Source of the DNA: the human T2T-CHM13v2.0 reference genome, Homo sapiens
Direction: 5' to 3' (one strand)
DNA: 64,000 nt
Assembly (NCBI RefSeq): GCF_009914755.1
Contig: NC_060927.1
The notes under the pieces were generated by a model that was given only the letters and a program-made list of their open reading frames with translations, did not search any database and was not told where the DNA came from. This document shows positions 1 to 13,379 of the stretch, in pieces. The stretch's first letter is position 1; each line of letters begins with the position of its first letter. A program made the translations under genes and the position numbers.

Positions 1-182
1 GCAATATCAACTCATCTCTGGGTCTCCAGCCTGCTGGTCTACCCTGAAGAATATGGATTTAGCCTCCACAATTGCATTAGCCAATTCCTTAAATAATCTC
101 TCTCTCCTCTCTCTCTTCTCTCTCTCTCTCCCTCCCTCCTTTCTCCAACTTATTGATTATTTTTCTCTGGAGAAACAATACA
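1..182 (+). mobile_element. MLT2-type (ERVL) LTR, 3' portion
   Basis: TCTCCAGCCTGC...AGCCAATTCCTTAAATAA, a (CT)n tract, and a terminal TCTCTGGAGAA...AATACA typical of MLT2 LTR ends. Confidence 0.7.
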
Positions 183-879
183 GCTAAGGCCCAGTTTAGC
201 ACTAGTTGCCTATGATTTATGTATAAAATAAAATTTATTTTTCAAATTAGGGTTCAACTTTGTACACAAATCCTTGTCTGCATTAATTACTTTTCCTTAG
301 TTTATATCCTTGAAGTGGAATCACTACATCAAAAGATATTAACATTTTTAAGATCCTTGATACTTATTTAGGTTGTATAAAATACCACAGGGCTTTGTGG
401 CATGTTCCCTGAATTTATAATTTTGGAATTTGAATAGCGTAGAAGAAATAATTACAGAATTTTTGCAATTTGCATAGTGTCATTTATTTTACTTCTCTTT
501 CTTTTCTATGAGGTGCTCCTTTTTCATTCTATGCCTTCGTGGATAACAGCAGCAATACTAGTCTATGAATATCAATTTTTTCCCATAGGCCTTAATCTTT
601 TTCTGCTTGTGGCTGAGAAGATACCTCTGTCTAAAGCCACTCATATGAGAAACGAGTAGCTTCTAAAATACTGTTGGAGCAAAAAGGCACTTTCTAGCTA
701 CATGTGTAGGACAGTATACCCTTACAAAAAAGTTTAATTCAGTTCTCCTAAATATTATACATTCATTTTTACTGAACATTGACCTGAAAGCACCCACACC
801 TGTTATGCTGTTGTGCCATGTTTTTCTCTAAGTCTCCACTGATAGGACTTAGATTCATATTAATGCATTTTTCTTTAAT

Positions 880-990
880 ATATTTATTCAGCAAATAGTT
901 ACCCAGTTTTTAGTATATGCCAGACACTGGGATACAGCATGGAGAAAACAGACTTTTGTCTGCTCTGTGGAGCTTACATTCTAGTGGGAA
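880..990 (-). mobile_element. L2 3' end fragment
   Basis: ATTCAGCAAATA...TATGCCAGACACTGGGATACAGC...GGAGCTTACATTCTAGTGGG matches the reverse L2 terminus. Confidence 0.6.
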
Positions 991-2092
991 AAGCATATCT
1001 TTGCCAAATGCACAAAAGTTTTAAAAATTAAGAAAGTAAAAAAAAAAGGTAAAATGAAATGGTTGGAATTACAAAGTAGGAATGGGTTGCAGCTGATTTT
1101 TCTTCTTTTTTTCTAAGGTACATGAGCCATGGGAACATTGTATTCATGACCCTTTTGTAACATATAGCCTTTGGAGGGTCTGGATTACACTTCCGAACTC
1201 TCACTGTTCTCTTGGGCTTGGTGGCCTCCCAGAACCCTGCCGGGTAAGCTAGAAGACGCAAAGCTTTCAAGGGAAGTGTTAGTACATTTGATAGAGTTAT
1301 TTTAAATTTATAAAACTAAATTATGTGCATTATCAAAGCTTCATAAAATAATCAAGGAGAAAGAAAAATTGACAGTTCAACTTACAATCAAGAGAGAACC
1401 ACTATTAACACTTTAATATATTAAAATATGTAATTGAAATAAAATATGTACATATAAATGTACATACTTTCAACACCAGGCTCATATTGTACATAGTATT
1501 TTGTAGCCTATGTTTATACTTAAAATTACGTTGTGGGATTTTTTGCTGTTTTTAAGTATTTTCTCAGAACATGATATTGAATGACTGTAAGAGTGTTCGT
1601 AATGCACCTAACCCATGTACTATTGGTGGGCATTTATCCTTTCTTTATCTGTTTATCTTATTATAGCACCTCTGATTACTTCCTTAAGATAATTTCGTAG
1701 AAGTAAAATTATTTTATCATTCTTGATGCATATATCTACATACTCCCACCAACAATGTGTACAAACACTAAAGAGGTTATATTAAAGGGCAAAAATCAAC
1801 CAAAGACTGGAAAGTAAGATGAACAGATAAATGACAGCAGTGCACAGTCTTACAGGTATCCACAGTGATAATTGCTGTCTTTGGTGAGGACTGTCTCTGT
1901 TCGGGTCCAACCATGTCTTTAGGTCCATGTTCACATTGGTTGTTTAATGGGCTGAGTAGTATTTTACAAGTAAGATTTGGGCATTCTTCCAGCTCTGGCC
2001 AGTATTTATATAGTCAAACTCATTTCTTTGCACAAAACAGCTGAAGTGAGACTCTTCCCTTGAAGGTTTCTGGGAGTCTGTAATGTGTTACT

Positions 2093-2138
2093 GGCAGGAG
2101 AATCGCTTGAACCCGGGAGGCAGAGGTTGCAGTGAGCT
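2093..2138 (+). mobile_element. 46-bp internal Alu right-arm fragment
   Basis: GGCAGGAGAATCGCTTGAACCCGGGAGGCAGAGGTTGCAGTGAGCT is near-identical to AluS; no tail or TSD is visible. Confidence 0.85.
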
Positions 2139-2139
2139 A

Positions 2140-2525
2140 TACCCTCAGCCTCATAGACCTTCTTTCTGTCCCTTGAACTTAATTAAGCTCATTCTAATTC
2201 CAGTACTTTGCACTTCCAGTTCTGTATTTCTCTTTTCTCATGTCTCCTCTTCTCGATTTTACTGATTCTGACGTAAATGATCTAAAACATCTCCCTCCCC
2301 CCATTACTGCTCTCTTTCTTAATACTCTGCTTTATTTTCTTCTTAGTGCTTAGCATTATTGGAAATTACACCATTTATTTATTTGTTTTTTTCTTGTCTG
2401 TCTCTTCTTGATGGAATATAAACTCTATGAAGGCAAGGATCTTCTGTGGCTTTTTCAATATTTGCTATATCACTCTGCATTTTGAACTGTGCTGAATATA
2501 ATAAATATGTGTCAAATGAATGAAG
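2140..2525 (+). mobile_element. L2 3' end
   Basis: AAACTCTATGAAGGCAAGGAT...ATAAATATGTGTCAAATGAATGAA. Confidence 0.6.
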
Positions 2526-5111
2526 GCAAAAAGGAGTAAATGACAAGTACCAAATATACTAGCTCTGGGCTGGCAAGACACTCTACTTTTCTCCTAGTGT
2601 GCTCATTTTAACACAGAAAATTTAGCCTTTAGTTATCTCTATTCATTCAGTCTCAGCCTGTTTCTAAGTAAAGCTGTATTCAAATATGCAATTTAAAAAA
2701 TCTTAATCTTATATGTCTTGAGAAGTGCCTTCTGTTCCTCAAGTAAAGCTGGAAGTTCTTACCTTTATCATCAGAGATAACTTTAAAATAATCCTATGCA
2801 AGTTTAGAGTTGTCCTACATCCTAATATTTGCCCTACAACATATTTAAGAAATTAAAGTCACACATCATTTTTTTAGTTATTCTTTAATTATTTTTAAAT
2901 TTTTGTGTAAAGTTTCACATTACATTTTTGATCTCATTTTATTTACTGTTTATCTACTTTACTCTCCAATTTCTTAAATAAGATTAAAAGGCAAAACATA
3001 CCAAAAGTCCTAAAGAAGTTGATTGGCACATGGCAGGCCCTCAAAATGGATTAATTATCTCTCTAGGAGTGTATCTCTTTATTTTCTGAAAAGACATAGA
3101 ATGAAAAAAACCAAGAAGCAGATATCAAAACAATATGTGAAGGAGGGAAAATACTGTTATTTTTCCTTTTTAATCTCTCTTTTTAAAAAGCGTTATTGCT
3201 TTCTGTATCTTCTTTTCCAAAATTTGATAAATTGGGAAACTCATTCCAATAACAGTTAAGGAATATTCAAGAGAAATAGGATTTATACATTGATCTGAGC
3301 TCTGCCTGCTAATCAGCATATTGCTAATGGGCAGACATCTGGAATGCTGTTTTCTTAATGCAAAACTAGAGGTTTCAAACTGGTGGTCTCTAAGATGATG
3401 ATGTTAAAGAAAAACTGACTACAAAACTGGGTTACTTTACACACGTACAAAAAAATTCTTGTTTTTGGTTCTCTCAAAATAATGATTAGAAATCGGACAG
3501 CACTAACACCATAGTTCTAAATGGCAATATTTGGCTGCAGATATATACTGTCAGCTCTGTCCACATGGGGTATATTCTCTGCAGTGACCCACACTCATTT
3601 TTGTTAGGCTTTGCTCATTTACGCCACATTCTTGGCCCTGGAGACATCAGAATATGTTCTTCCTGAATGATGCGCTCTCCCAGGTACCTTATTTCCCTGA
3701 CTCAATGGGACCTTGAGTATCCACCCCTGGCTTTGTTTTGCTTAGCCCACTGCCCCAACCTTACCACATTAAGAGAGACCAGGACTATTTTGTGCATTCT
3801 GGACTTGGGCCTGCACCATGGGTGAGGGCTGTGGTTTGTCTTCAGTTTGTGCCCAAGTTGAGGTGAGACACTTGAGAGAAAAAAAGAAAGGGGTGGGGAA
3901 CCAAACAGTCAACCAAACAAGCAAAATGAAACAACCAGGGAATTAAGAGAAAATGGTAGAGAAGAGAAGTAAATCAGAGTTTTGGCTTTTCTCCCTCATC
4001 TGTCTGACTAAATTTATGTTGACTTTGTCTGTATTTAATTTATAGTGTGCCACTCATTTAGAATAGGCTTCAAAAATGTGAACTCCCCTCCAAATTTTGG
4101 CCTCGTTAGGAAGTGGAGAGTGTGTGATAGCGTTATCATTAAGAGGAAGTTTAAAAAAAAGCCAAAATTACACTTATGTATGTATTTTTGAAGAAACTCA
4201 TTTTTTGTGCGTGTGGTTTGAGAAAAGCAAAATTTGGGAGGAATTTGGAAAAGAGGATTACTCATCAAAAGGTAGATCATGCTTAAAAACAAAATGGGAA
4301 CGACGACCTTAAAAATGGGAACGACTGGGGAGAAAACTGACAAGGACACATTAGAGCTGCACTTCACTAGCAGCATGAATGTGGTAATGGTGAAAGGAGA
4401 ACAATATCTGAAAGGAAATGAAGGTCTTATCGTAGGAGCCACAGAGATTTCATTTTTGTTTTTCTGAAAATTATCATTATCAGCTGTGACTGCTGATGAA
4501 GGACCACTTAGCATTCCCCCCAAGGAATAATTGCCAACCTCCTCTTTGGCCCGACCTCACATGGACTAACACGACAAAGACATAATTTTGCCCTAATTCT
4601 GAAAAGAACAGGAAACAGTGATGTAATCTATTTGTTTAATTCTAGGAAATCTTTCCCTAAAGTCTGCTTTTGCACTGCCAAACTGGGAAGGGATGTCTGG
4701 GGGAGTAATTAAAGGCTTTAAATGTGGAAGAAAGAGATTCTTAGTGCAGTGTGGGGAGTCTCAATGAGATTAATGGGAAACAAGGGAAATTTAGATGGAC
4801 AAGCAAAAGCCAGTGGGAGTTATGTCAATACTGCACAAGGTGTTTAAGGTCGGTGCCCATGAGGGCTGGTCAGCTCCAGTTTACCCTTGCACAGTCTGTG
4901 CTTAGCAAATGAGTACTTTAAACAAGGTTGCCAGAGGCAGAGAAACGTCTGGGAAAGAGGTCTGGGAAAGAGAACAGGCTCCTGAAGGACTTGCGCTGCT
5001 TCCTGTTGCTTATAGATTGGTGTAGATAATGCATAAAGTCCTTTCCTTAGAACTTCTAAGTTTAGACTCATTAGAGTTACTGGTAAGACCTGAACACATA
5101 AAGTGTGCATG

Positions 5112-5247
5112 TAAAAATTACATTCTGTAATGCTAATTATATATATATATACCTTCAAATATATATACAGTCAGAATCTAATCTGACACACACACATATA
5201 TATATATATATACACCTTCAAATTAGCATTACAGAATGTAATTTTTA
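5112..5247. repeat. 27-bp perfect inverted repeat around a (TA)n/(CA)n spacer
   Basis: TAAAAATTACATTCTGTAATGCTAATT (5112-5138) is the exact reverse complement of 5221-5247. Confidence 0.95.
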
Positions 5248-5990
5248 TATATATGACAATTCTACAGGCAATCTCAGCTGGACATAGTCAAAACTGAAGT
5301 CATTTGTTTTCCTCCTGCTTTGCTGGCTGATTTGTTTTTCCATCTCCTTTACTAGTCTTTCCTCTTCTTTATAACCCATATGTGTTTGCCGAATTCAGAG
5401 ACTGGTTCTCAGTATTCATGCTTCTCAGGTGAACTCACTCAGATTTATGGCTTTAGTGGTAGATATACTCTTACTGCCAAATTAATATCTGCATCGCTGA
5501 CCCAATTCCTGAGTTTTGGGTTTATATGTTTAACTGCTTACTGAACGTCCCTACTTTACGGTTTCCAATCTTTTCAGTATCTAATAGATACTGTGTTACA
5601 TGTATCTATTAGATACAAGTGTTACATGTTCAGAGAACTCTTGAGTGTAAACTTGATGATGTTTGGGGAAGATTTTTTTCTAGAGAAGTGCTAGAGATGT
5701 AGTCAAAACTTGCTACATATGTGGTGAATTAATAAATATCCTGATTTACTCCCAAACCTGTCTTTTGTCCAGTATTTTTTAAATTTTAGTTAATTTTACA
5801 GCTGTATATCTAGCTGCCTAAGCTAGAAAACTTGGAGGCATTCTCAACTCTTCCTGTACCTCACCTTCCATGTCAGATCAATCATTAAATTATCTTAATC
5901 TACATTAGAAAATTATCTGTAATCCATTTTTTTCCTATCACCACCATCACTGCATATTCTTGTCTTCTCTAACAAAGGCATTATACCTTT

Positions 5991-6379
5991 TGCTATGGAC
6001 TGGATTGTGTTCTCCTTAAAATTAATATGTGAAGTCCCAACTCCCAATACTTCAACATGTAACTGTACTTGAAAATAGGGCCTTTAAAGAGGCCAATGGG
6101 GGGGCCTGAATCTAATCTGACTGATGTCCTTATGAAAAAAGAAAATTTGGACATACAAAGAGACACAAGAGATGCATGCACACAGAAGAAAGACCACGTG
6201 AGGCTACAGTGAGAAGCTGGCCATCTGCAAGCCAAGAAGACAGGACTCAGAAGAAACCAACCTTGTCAACATCTTGATCTTGGACTCGTAGCCTCCAGAA
6301 GAGTAACAAAATAAATTTCTGTTGTTTAAGCCACCCAGACTATAGTATTTTGTTATGGCAGGCTGAGCAAACTAATACA
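5991..6379 (+). mobile_element. MLT1 (MLT1B-like) MaLR solo LTR
   Basis: TG...CA ends; GGCCATCTGCAAGCCAAG, TTGATCTTGGAC...GCCTCCAGAA, AATAAATTTCTGTTGTTTAAGCCACCCAG...ACTAATACA. Confidence 0.85.
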
Positions 6380-8454
6380 TTCTTCCTAAAAAGATCCTCC
6401 AGTCTTCCCTAATAAGATGTCATCTTATCTCTCTCTCTCTCTCCCCCCCCACCCCCCACCGCTTTCTCTCTCTCTCTCTCGCTCTCTGTCTCTCCATCCG
6501 TCCGAAGTGGATTATAAAAAGAAAAAAAAAGTAAAGACAGAAAAATAAATATAAATAATACATACTCAAAGAATAAAACAGGGTCTCATGTATCTTTCTC
6601 TGTGGTCTTTATGCTTCCCTATGTGATCTTTCTTAAAGATGATCACAACAGTAAATGAGGATGTTACTTCATTGCTTCAAAGTGTTTGGCTCCTTATATC
6701 CTGACAAATTGCAAAGGCTTAGCAGTGTATTCAAATGCGATTTACCATTTGTTTTCCCCCACTTGCCTTTCCAAATCCATCTTATCTGTGGCCTAAGAAA
6801 GAGTAAAGCAAGAATCAGAATTCCAGAGAGAAGCAAAGAGGAGCGATAAAGACACAGATAACCGGGCTCCCATTGGAAACATGTCATTAATTAGAACACA
6901 TTGACAATTCCATATTCATTGTCGTAGTAAATAAAGAGTAAAGAATATTATGGGAGGAAAAAGAAATAGAACTAAATTTCAAATGGGAAGCCTTAGGAAT
7001 TTACCTGGAGCTGTCAAGGAATGATGCCTTCTGCCTGGAAAAACTCTTAATATCCCATAGATTCTAGGACTGGTTTAGAAGAGGCATGTGGAATCCAGAA
7101 TACTGGAGATTTCTTTGATTGCATCTCTGTCTCCTCCTCTTTTGTCTCATTTTGCTTTTTCCAGATGTACTTGTAATACTCTTAGAGAGAAATAGGGTGT
7201 TTTTTTCTTTTTCTTTTTTTTTTTAAGGTTGGGCTGGAAATAGAGGGCTTTGGTCTTCTTGTAAATCTACTAGATACATGGTGCTAACATCCTAACTCTC
7301 TGCTCATTTCAATTTTGAGCTCAGAATATAGGCTTACAAAGATTGCCTGGGATTTGACAATTCTTGAAGCTCTAAGCATTTTTGAAGCATAAGGGTTCAT
7401 TGCAGTTTTCTATACCAGAAGAACGAATATTACAGCTCTAAAGGTTAGTAGAAAGGATCTACTCTTATATAGATTGAAAAAACAATAAGGGAAAGAACTG
7501 CTTCCTGGAACTGATAAAATTTTATAGTATCAGCATTACTAACTGAACAAACCCAAAAAATCTCCAGATTTTTTTTCTTTTTAGCTTGTGTTCCTTGTAA
7601 GTGTTAATTCCATAAAGGAGTATAGGTTTGGAGACTGAATAGAAGTAAGGTAATCTGGTGAATTCTAATAATTCCCCCTTCTTTGTCTCAGAAGATACAA
7701 GGGTATCCCATGTACTTCCCATAAAGAAAATATTAGAGAAGGCAGGTATATGAATTTTAAGTATTTCCTAGCAGAGGACCTTATGGTAAGAATATCTGAT
7801 ATCTCTACTGTTATGTCTCAGTAGGTAAACATACACACTTGCCTATTAATTAGCAGATGTTTCTTCTGTAACAATTACCAATATATTAAGACCTCTAGGA
7901 CTGTGAGTGATACTCCAGGACAGAAAATCATTGAGTAGATCAATTTTTTGAATACTAAAACACTTATAAATTTTTTATTATAATTCTTACGAGAAAGTTA
8001 AACAACCTCAGCACTCAGCATTCAACATAATTTCAAACATATGAGAGTTCTTATTTGGGCAATTGTGACTATCATTCCTAGAAACAAAAGGGAGAAGACC
8101 TCCTTAATCAGCTCAGCCACATTCCCAGAAGCTAGGGTTGTGGAGCCAGGCTCAGTTTTGGCTCAGCCTCTAAGAAGTCTCCACCTGTAGGATAATGGGT
8201 TCTGTAGGTACTTGTGGAAAGTGACTTCTGTAGCTTTACAATGCCAGAAATAGTGCCATTGATTTTAATGATTGTACTTTTTCCAAGAAACTGAGTGAGT
8301 GGCCAAGAATCTGGGCAAAGTCACAGACAATGAGACATTACAGTCACCATGGATAGGTATCCACCTGGGGGCTGGCTGGAAGCCTTGCAAAATCTATCTA
8401 GAGTGGTAGACGTTAAGTCAGTGAGTGTTTAGGGGCTGAGGAACGTCAACGGCA

Positions 8455-8610
8455 GTAGAAAACTTTCTGGGCTGATGGAAATGTTCTATATTTTGACTGG
8501 GGGCTTGGTTACATGGTTATATACATTTGCCAAAACTCATCCATTAAAACTCATTCACTAATTAAAATGAATGAATTTTATTGTAGCTAAATAAAATTAT
8601 GCCAAAGAAT
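8455..8610 (+). mobile_element. Old L1M (L1MC/L1ME) 3' end
   Basis: ACTTTCTGGGCTGATGGAAATGTTCTATATTTTGA...TACATTTGCCAAAACTCATC. Confidence 0.65.
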
Positions 8611-10464
8611 TGTTTAAAAATAAAAATCAGAGTTAGGATGGTGACTAACTTTAGAGGCAGGATCCTGAGAAAAAATAAGGAGGCAAAGAATATCCTGGAA
8701 ATTTCCCTTTTCTGAGCCCTATGAGCCTGTTGTTCTTTCTCTCCCTGCCCCATAGGTAGGGTTCCCTGGAGGACCCCTCAGACTCCTCAGGCAGAACTTG
8801 TCTGCCTCTCTATTCTCTTCACAAAATTATTTACCCTATCTTCCCATGTTTGAGCTTATGATCTATTTTCACTCCTCATTTTAACCCTAGCACCTAGGTA
8901 CTCTACAAATATGTGTTGAGTCAATTAATAGAAAAATAAATAAATGAAGGATGGAAAGAGCTCACTAAATTTTCAGCTCACTAAACTAGTTTCCTCATCT
9001 ATAAGAGGCAGTTAATATTGCCTTTTCCATGAAACTGTAAGAATTACATGAAATAATAAGCTTGACATTTGATAGTTATTTTATCTTTTTCTTTCTTGAT
9101 CACTAGATACTCCCCACACTAGAACAACCAGTTGTGCACTAAGAGTCAACAGAAACCCTGACAGAGAACCCCAGAGACAGGTGGTCATTGGACAGAAATG
9201 ACAGGGTCAACTAGAGGGAGAATGATGGTGGCATAGACAGGGCTGTGAGGTGTATGTACTAGGTGATAGAGATGAAGGAGTGTTCCTCTACATCACAGTG
9301 TCCCTCCTTAGTTAAATGACAAATATTCTATTATAAGAAAATTAAGAGTTAAATATATCCTGTGGTGTAATGCTCTGTGAAGACAGGAATTAATGCCTGT
9401 ATTGTTCCCTGCTTTATTTGCAGGGAATAAAGACTGGCACATTATAGGCACACAAATATTTGTTGTATGAAAGAAAGTCAAAACCAAAAAATATAGTCAC
9501 TTTAAGTAAGACCAGAAGAAATGGGTAATACTTTTCTTTTTAAATGGCTTAGGATTTGGATTGCCATGGGAACTTTTCAGAATGGACTTTCACAAAAGCT
9601 TTGCTCTGAGAGCATGGAAGTTGGCTACAACGTTGCCTGGGAACAATACAAAGGAGGATGGTTTTGAATGTCAGTAACTTTTCTGAATATCCAGCCTACA
9701 AAATAAAACTTTTTCTTTAATTGTAAAGTAACAAAAGACCTCTGTAAATATTTGAAAAAGAATAGAGAAAATTAAACCATACCATTCAGATATATATAAG
9801 TTTAAGTTGTCGGTGTTTTTCCTTCCAGTCTGTGTTTTTAAGCAGAACATGAATAAATATATGCATACATTTTCAGAGTTGAAATTATAGTGTGGATGAA
9901 TTTTTGCTTTCTGATTTTTACTACAACATCTTTTATGCATTTTGTCCTTAATAATTCTTCATACATTTTTAAATTTCTTCATATTCTATAGAGTGGGTAT
10001 CCAACATTTATGAGAAATGAGTTTAGATGTATTGCAGAAAGATCGAGTCCTGGGCAGGTGCCATCAATAATGGCCAGCTCCAGAATGAAGCACGTGTACC
10101 TCTGTGATAATGATGTCATGCCCACCATGCCACTGAGAAGTAACACTTCCAGGAGTCAAAGAGAATGCATGTCAGACTAATTATATTACAAAGACAGCTG
10201 AGGACCTAGAGTTGTGAGGAAAAGAAATAACTTGTGAGGAAAAAGACCTACAGGAAAGCCAGAAAATCAATGCTTAATGCTCTGTCAGCCTGTCAAAAGT
10301 ATTTTTGGCACCAAGAGTACTGTCCATTATTAAGGAATAGAGGTAATGACGTATTTGTATGAGTGCTGGCATCCTTCTCCACCTACACACTTGAGCAGCC
10401 TTGAAAGAAGAGGTTTCTAAGTGAATTGTAAAAGCTCTCTAAGATGGATTATTTTTGCTGTAAT

Positions 10465-10680
10465 GATAGCTAACATTTACTTATTGCTTATTGTGTACCA
10501 GTATCTGTTCTATGTTCTTTCCACCCATTAACTCATTTAATCCTTACAACAATTCCAATAAGTACTTTCCATTATTATTCCATTATCCATATTTTACAGA
10601 CAGAATAAAGGAGGCACAGAGAAGTTATACAAATTGTCCTGGCACAAAAAACTGATAAGACTTAAGCCCAGGAGTACTGG
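10465..10680 (-). mobile_element. MIR SINE
   Basis: ATAGCTAACATTTA...ACTCATTTAATCCTTACAAC...ATTTTACAGA...GAGGCACAGAGAAGTTA. Confidence 0.7.
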
Positions 10681-10692
10681 CCCAAGAAGATA

Positions 10693-11939
10693 TTAGGTTG
10701 GTACAAAAGTAATTCTGGGTTTTGCATTGTTGGAATTTGCCGTTTGATATTGGAATCCATTCTTAAATAAATGTGGTTATGTTATACATCAATTTAACGG
10801 GCATTTCTTACTTTATGTTTTTTTGCTGCTTATTTTATGTTTATTTTAGACTATGGAAATGATGTTGGAGAAAAAGCAAATTTGAGCGATTTTCTTATTT
10901 GAGTTCAAAATGGGTCTTAAAGCAGTGGGGACAACTGGCAACATAACAATGCATTTGGCCTGGGAACTGCTAACCAACTCTTAGTTCAATGGCGGTTCAA
11001 GAAGTTTTGCAAAGGAGACAATAGCCTTGAAGATAAGGAGCATAGTGGCCGGCCATCAGAAGTTGACAACGACCAATTGAGAGCAATATTTGAAGCTGAT
11101 CCTCTTACAACTACAGGAGAAGTTGCCAAAGAACTCAGTGTCGACCTTCCTATGGTTGTTCGGCATTTGAAGCAAATTGGAAAGGTGAGAAAGCTCCATA
11201 CATGGGTGCTGCATGAGCTGAGTGAGAAGAAAAAAATCGTCATTTTGAAGTTTTGTCTTCTCTTGTTCTTCACAACGGTGAACTATCTCATGATTGGATT
11301 GTGACGTACGATGAAAAGTAGATTTTATATGACAATGGGCAATGACCAGCTCAGTGGTTGGACTGAGAAGACACTCCAAAGCACTTCCAAAAGCCAAATT
11401 TGCACCACAAAAAAAGGTCATGATCACTGTTGGGTGGTCTGCTGCCACTCCGATCCACTACAGCTTTCTGAATCCTGGCAAAACCATTACATCTGAGAAG
11501 TATGCTCAGCAAATAGATGAGATGCACTGAAAACTGCAATGCCTGCAGCTGGCATTGGTCAACAGAAAGGGTCCAATTCTTCTCCCAACCGCGTGTTGCA
11601 AAACTAATGCTTCAAAAGTTGAACGAAGTTTTGCCTCATCTGCCATATTTGCCTGATCTCTCACCAACTGATCACCACTTTTTTAAGCATCTCGACAGCA
11701 CAACTTTTTGCAGGGAAAATGCTTCCACAACCAGCAGGATGCAGAAAATGCTTTCCAAGGGTTCATTTAATCCTGAACCATAGATTGTTAGCTACAGGAA
11801 TAAACAAACTTATTTCTCACTGGCAAAAATTTGTTGATTATAATGGTTCCTATTTTGATTAATAAAGATGTGTTTGAGCCTAGTTATAATGATTTAAAAT
11901 TCACGGTCTGAAACCGCAATTACTTTTGCACTAGCCTAA
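10693..11939 (+). mobile_element. HSMAR1 mariner DNA transposon, near full length (1247 bp)
   Basis: TIRs TTAGGTTGGTACAAAAGTAATT and AATTACTTTTGCACTAGCCTAA; TA target duplication at 10691-10692 and 11940-11941; internal transposase remnants. Confidence 0.97.
10853..11862 (+). pseudogene. Hsmar1 transposase pseudogene
   Basis: Runs MEMML... to ...GSYFD*; motifs WVLHEL (for WVPHEL) and YLPDLSPTD (for YSPDL); DEKW has W changed to TAG; HDNA segment deleted; several frameshifts. Confidence 0.93.
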
Positions 11940-12854
11940 TAAGTAAGTGTGTACTTGTGTGTGTGTGTGTATTTAATATATATTTGTATATATAACTCAT
12001 AGTGTGTGTGTTTGTGTAGTTTCCCTATTGGTGTCTTTCCTAATCTAGTGAAACCTTGCCTGTGTTCCCCTCCAACTATGGCCCAACTTCTTATTATCTG
12101 TTTACAAAACTTGGAGAACTGCACTGGCTATAGCTAATTTTCTTACCTCACATATTTATTCCAGCCCACTGGAAACTTTATTTATTTCTCACGTTGTATT
12201 AACATAGTTCTCTATAAGACCACCAACAGCCTTCCAGATGCCGTGAAGACTTTTAAGACATTGTACTATTGGAGCTCTTTGTAGCTTTTAAAACAGTAAC
12301 TTCTTTCAAGATATTCTCTACCATTTAGTTTCTATATTGCTGAGCACCCTTGTTTCTTTTTGTATTTTTATAATACTTCTTCCTCTATCTGCTTAATACT
12401 TTCTTCCACTTGGGACCCTTAACATTGATATTCTCCAGATTTTCATTCTCATCCCATCATTTTTCTCACTTTACACATTTTCCAAGTCTAACATCATCAT
12501 TTTTGAAGTTTTTGTCTATCGCCTTTATGTGATAATTCTTCAGCCTGTACTTTCCAAAACTGGACATAAGTCTATTCAGACTTTTATATCCACCTGTCAA
12601 CTGCATGTGTTCTGAATGGCTGATAAGCACCTTAAATTTAACATGTGTAAAGCTCAACTCATTATCTTTTTCCCAAAACTTGCTTTTTCTTCTGTGTACT
12701 TTATCTCAGTTAATAGTACCATGCTCCATCCTTCACTAGCTAGAATATTAGTATCATTTTCATTTTCTCACTTTCCCATCCCCACATGGCATTAGTTTTC
12801 AAGACCTTCTTATTTTATTTCCTAAATATTACCCAAGTCTTGTATAAATGATGA

Positions 12855-13379
12855 CACTTTAGGTTCTAAGTAACTGAAACAAAACTCAGCTTCAATTTCT
12901 CTTAGGCAAAAGGGAAACTATAGGCTTATGTCACCTTGATTGGGGGAAATATAATTGGGAGAGAAGGGAATTAATGCTATCAGGTGTCTCTTAATTTCTC
13001 AGTCTCTCTCATATTACCCCCACACTGTTTTCTGCCTTTCTCTGTGTGTTGGCTGTATATCCTTCCTGGAAATTGCAGAGTTACAGCTTCATATAGAGAT
13101 GAAAGGGTCCTTCTTCTTTTAATGCCAATCCTAGAACTGATTTTTATTGACCCATCTAGTGTTATGTCTCCCCTGCTTGGCCCCAGTTAGTGTGGTGGGC
13201 TGGAGGATAAGAAGATAGAAGGAACTGACAGATTTGATCCATCCACATAGTAGCCCCTGTTAGAACCACACTGTTGGCATGGTGGAGGGCAAGTATTTAA
13301 TCCCTAAATGGAGAAGTTGGTTTTATCAGAAGAATCAGAGAAAGGGGTGCTGCACAGGAAATCCTACACGTCCATTACA
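12855..13379 (-). mobile_element. Old MLT1 (J/K/L-like) LTR, approximate bounds
   Basis: TTAGGCAAAAGGGAA... and ...GTCCATTACA ends resemble old MLT1 LTRs in reverse. Confidence 0.45.

Noticed and set aside
4035-4523. 162-aa ORF and overlapping ORFs with an AAAATGGGAACGAC direct repeat
   Set aside because: No recognisable domain or convincing splice sites; the repeat is a simple local duplication.
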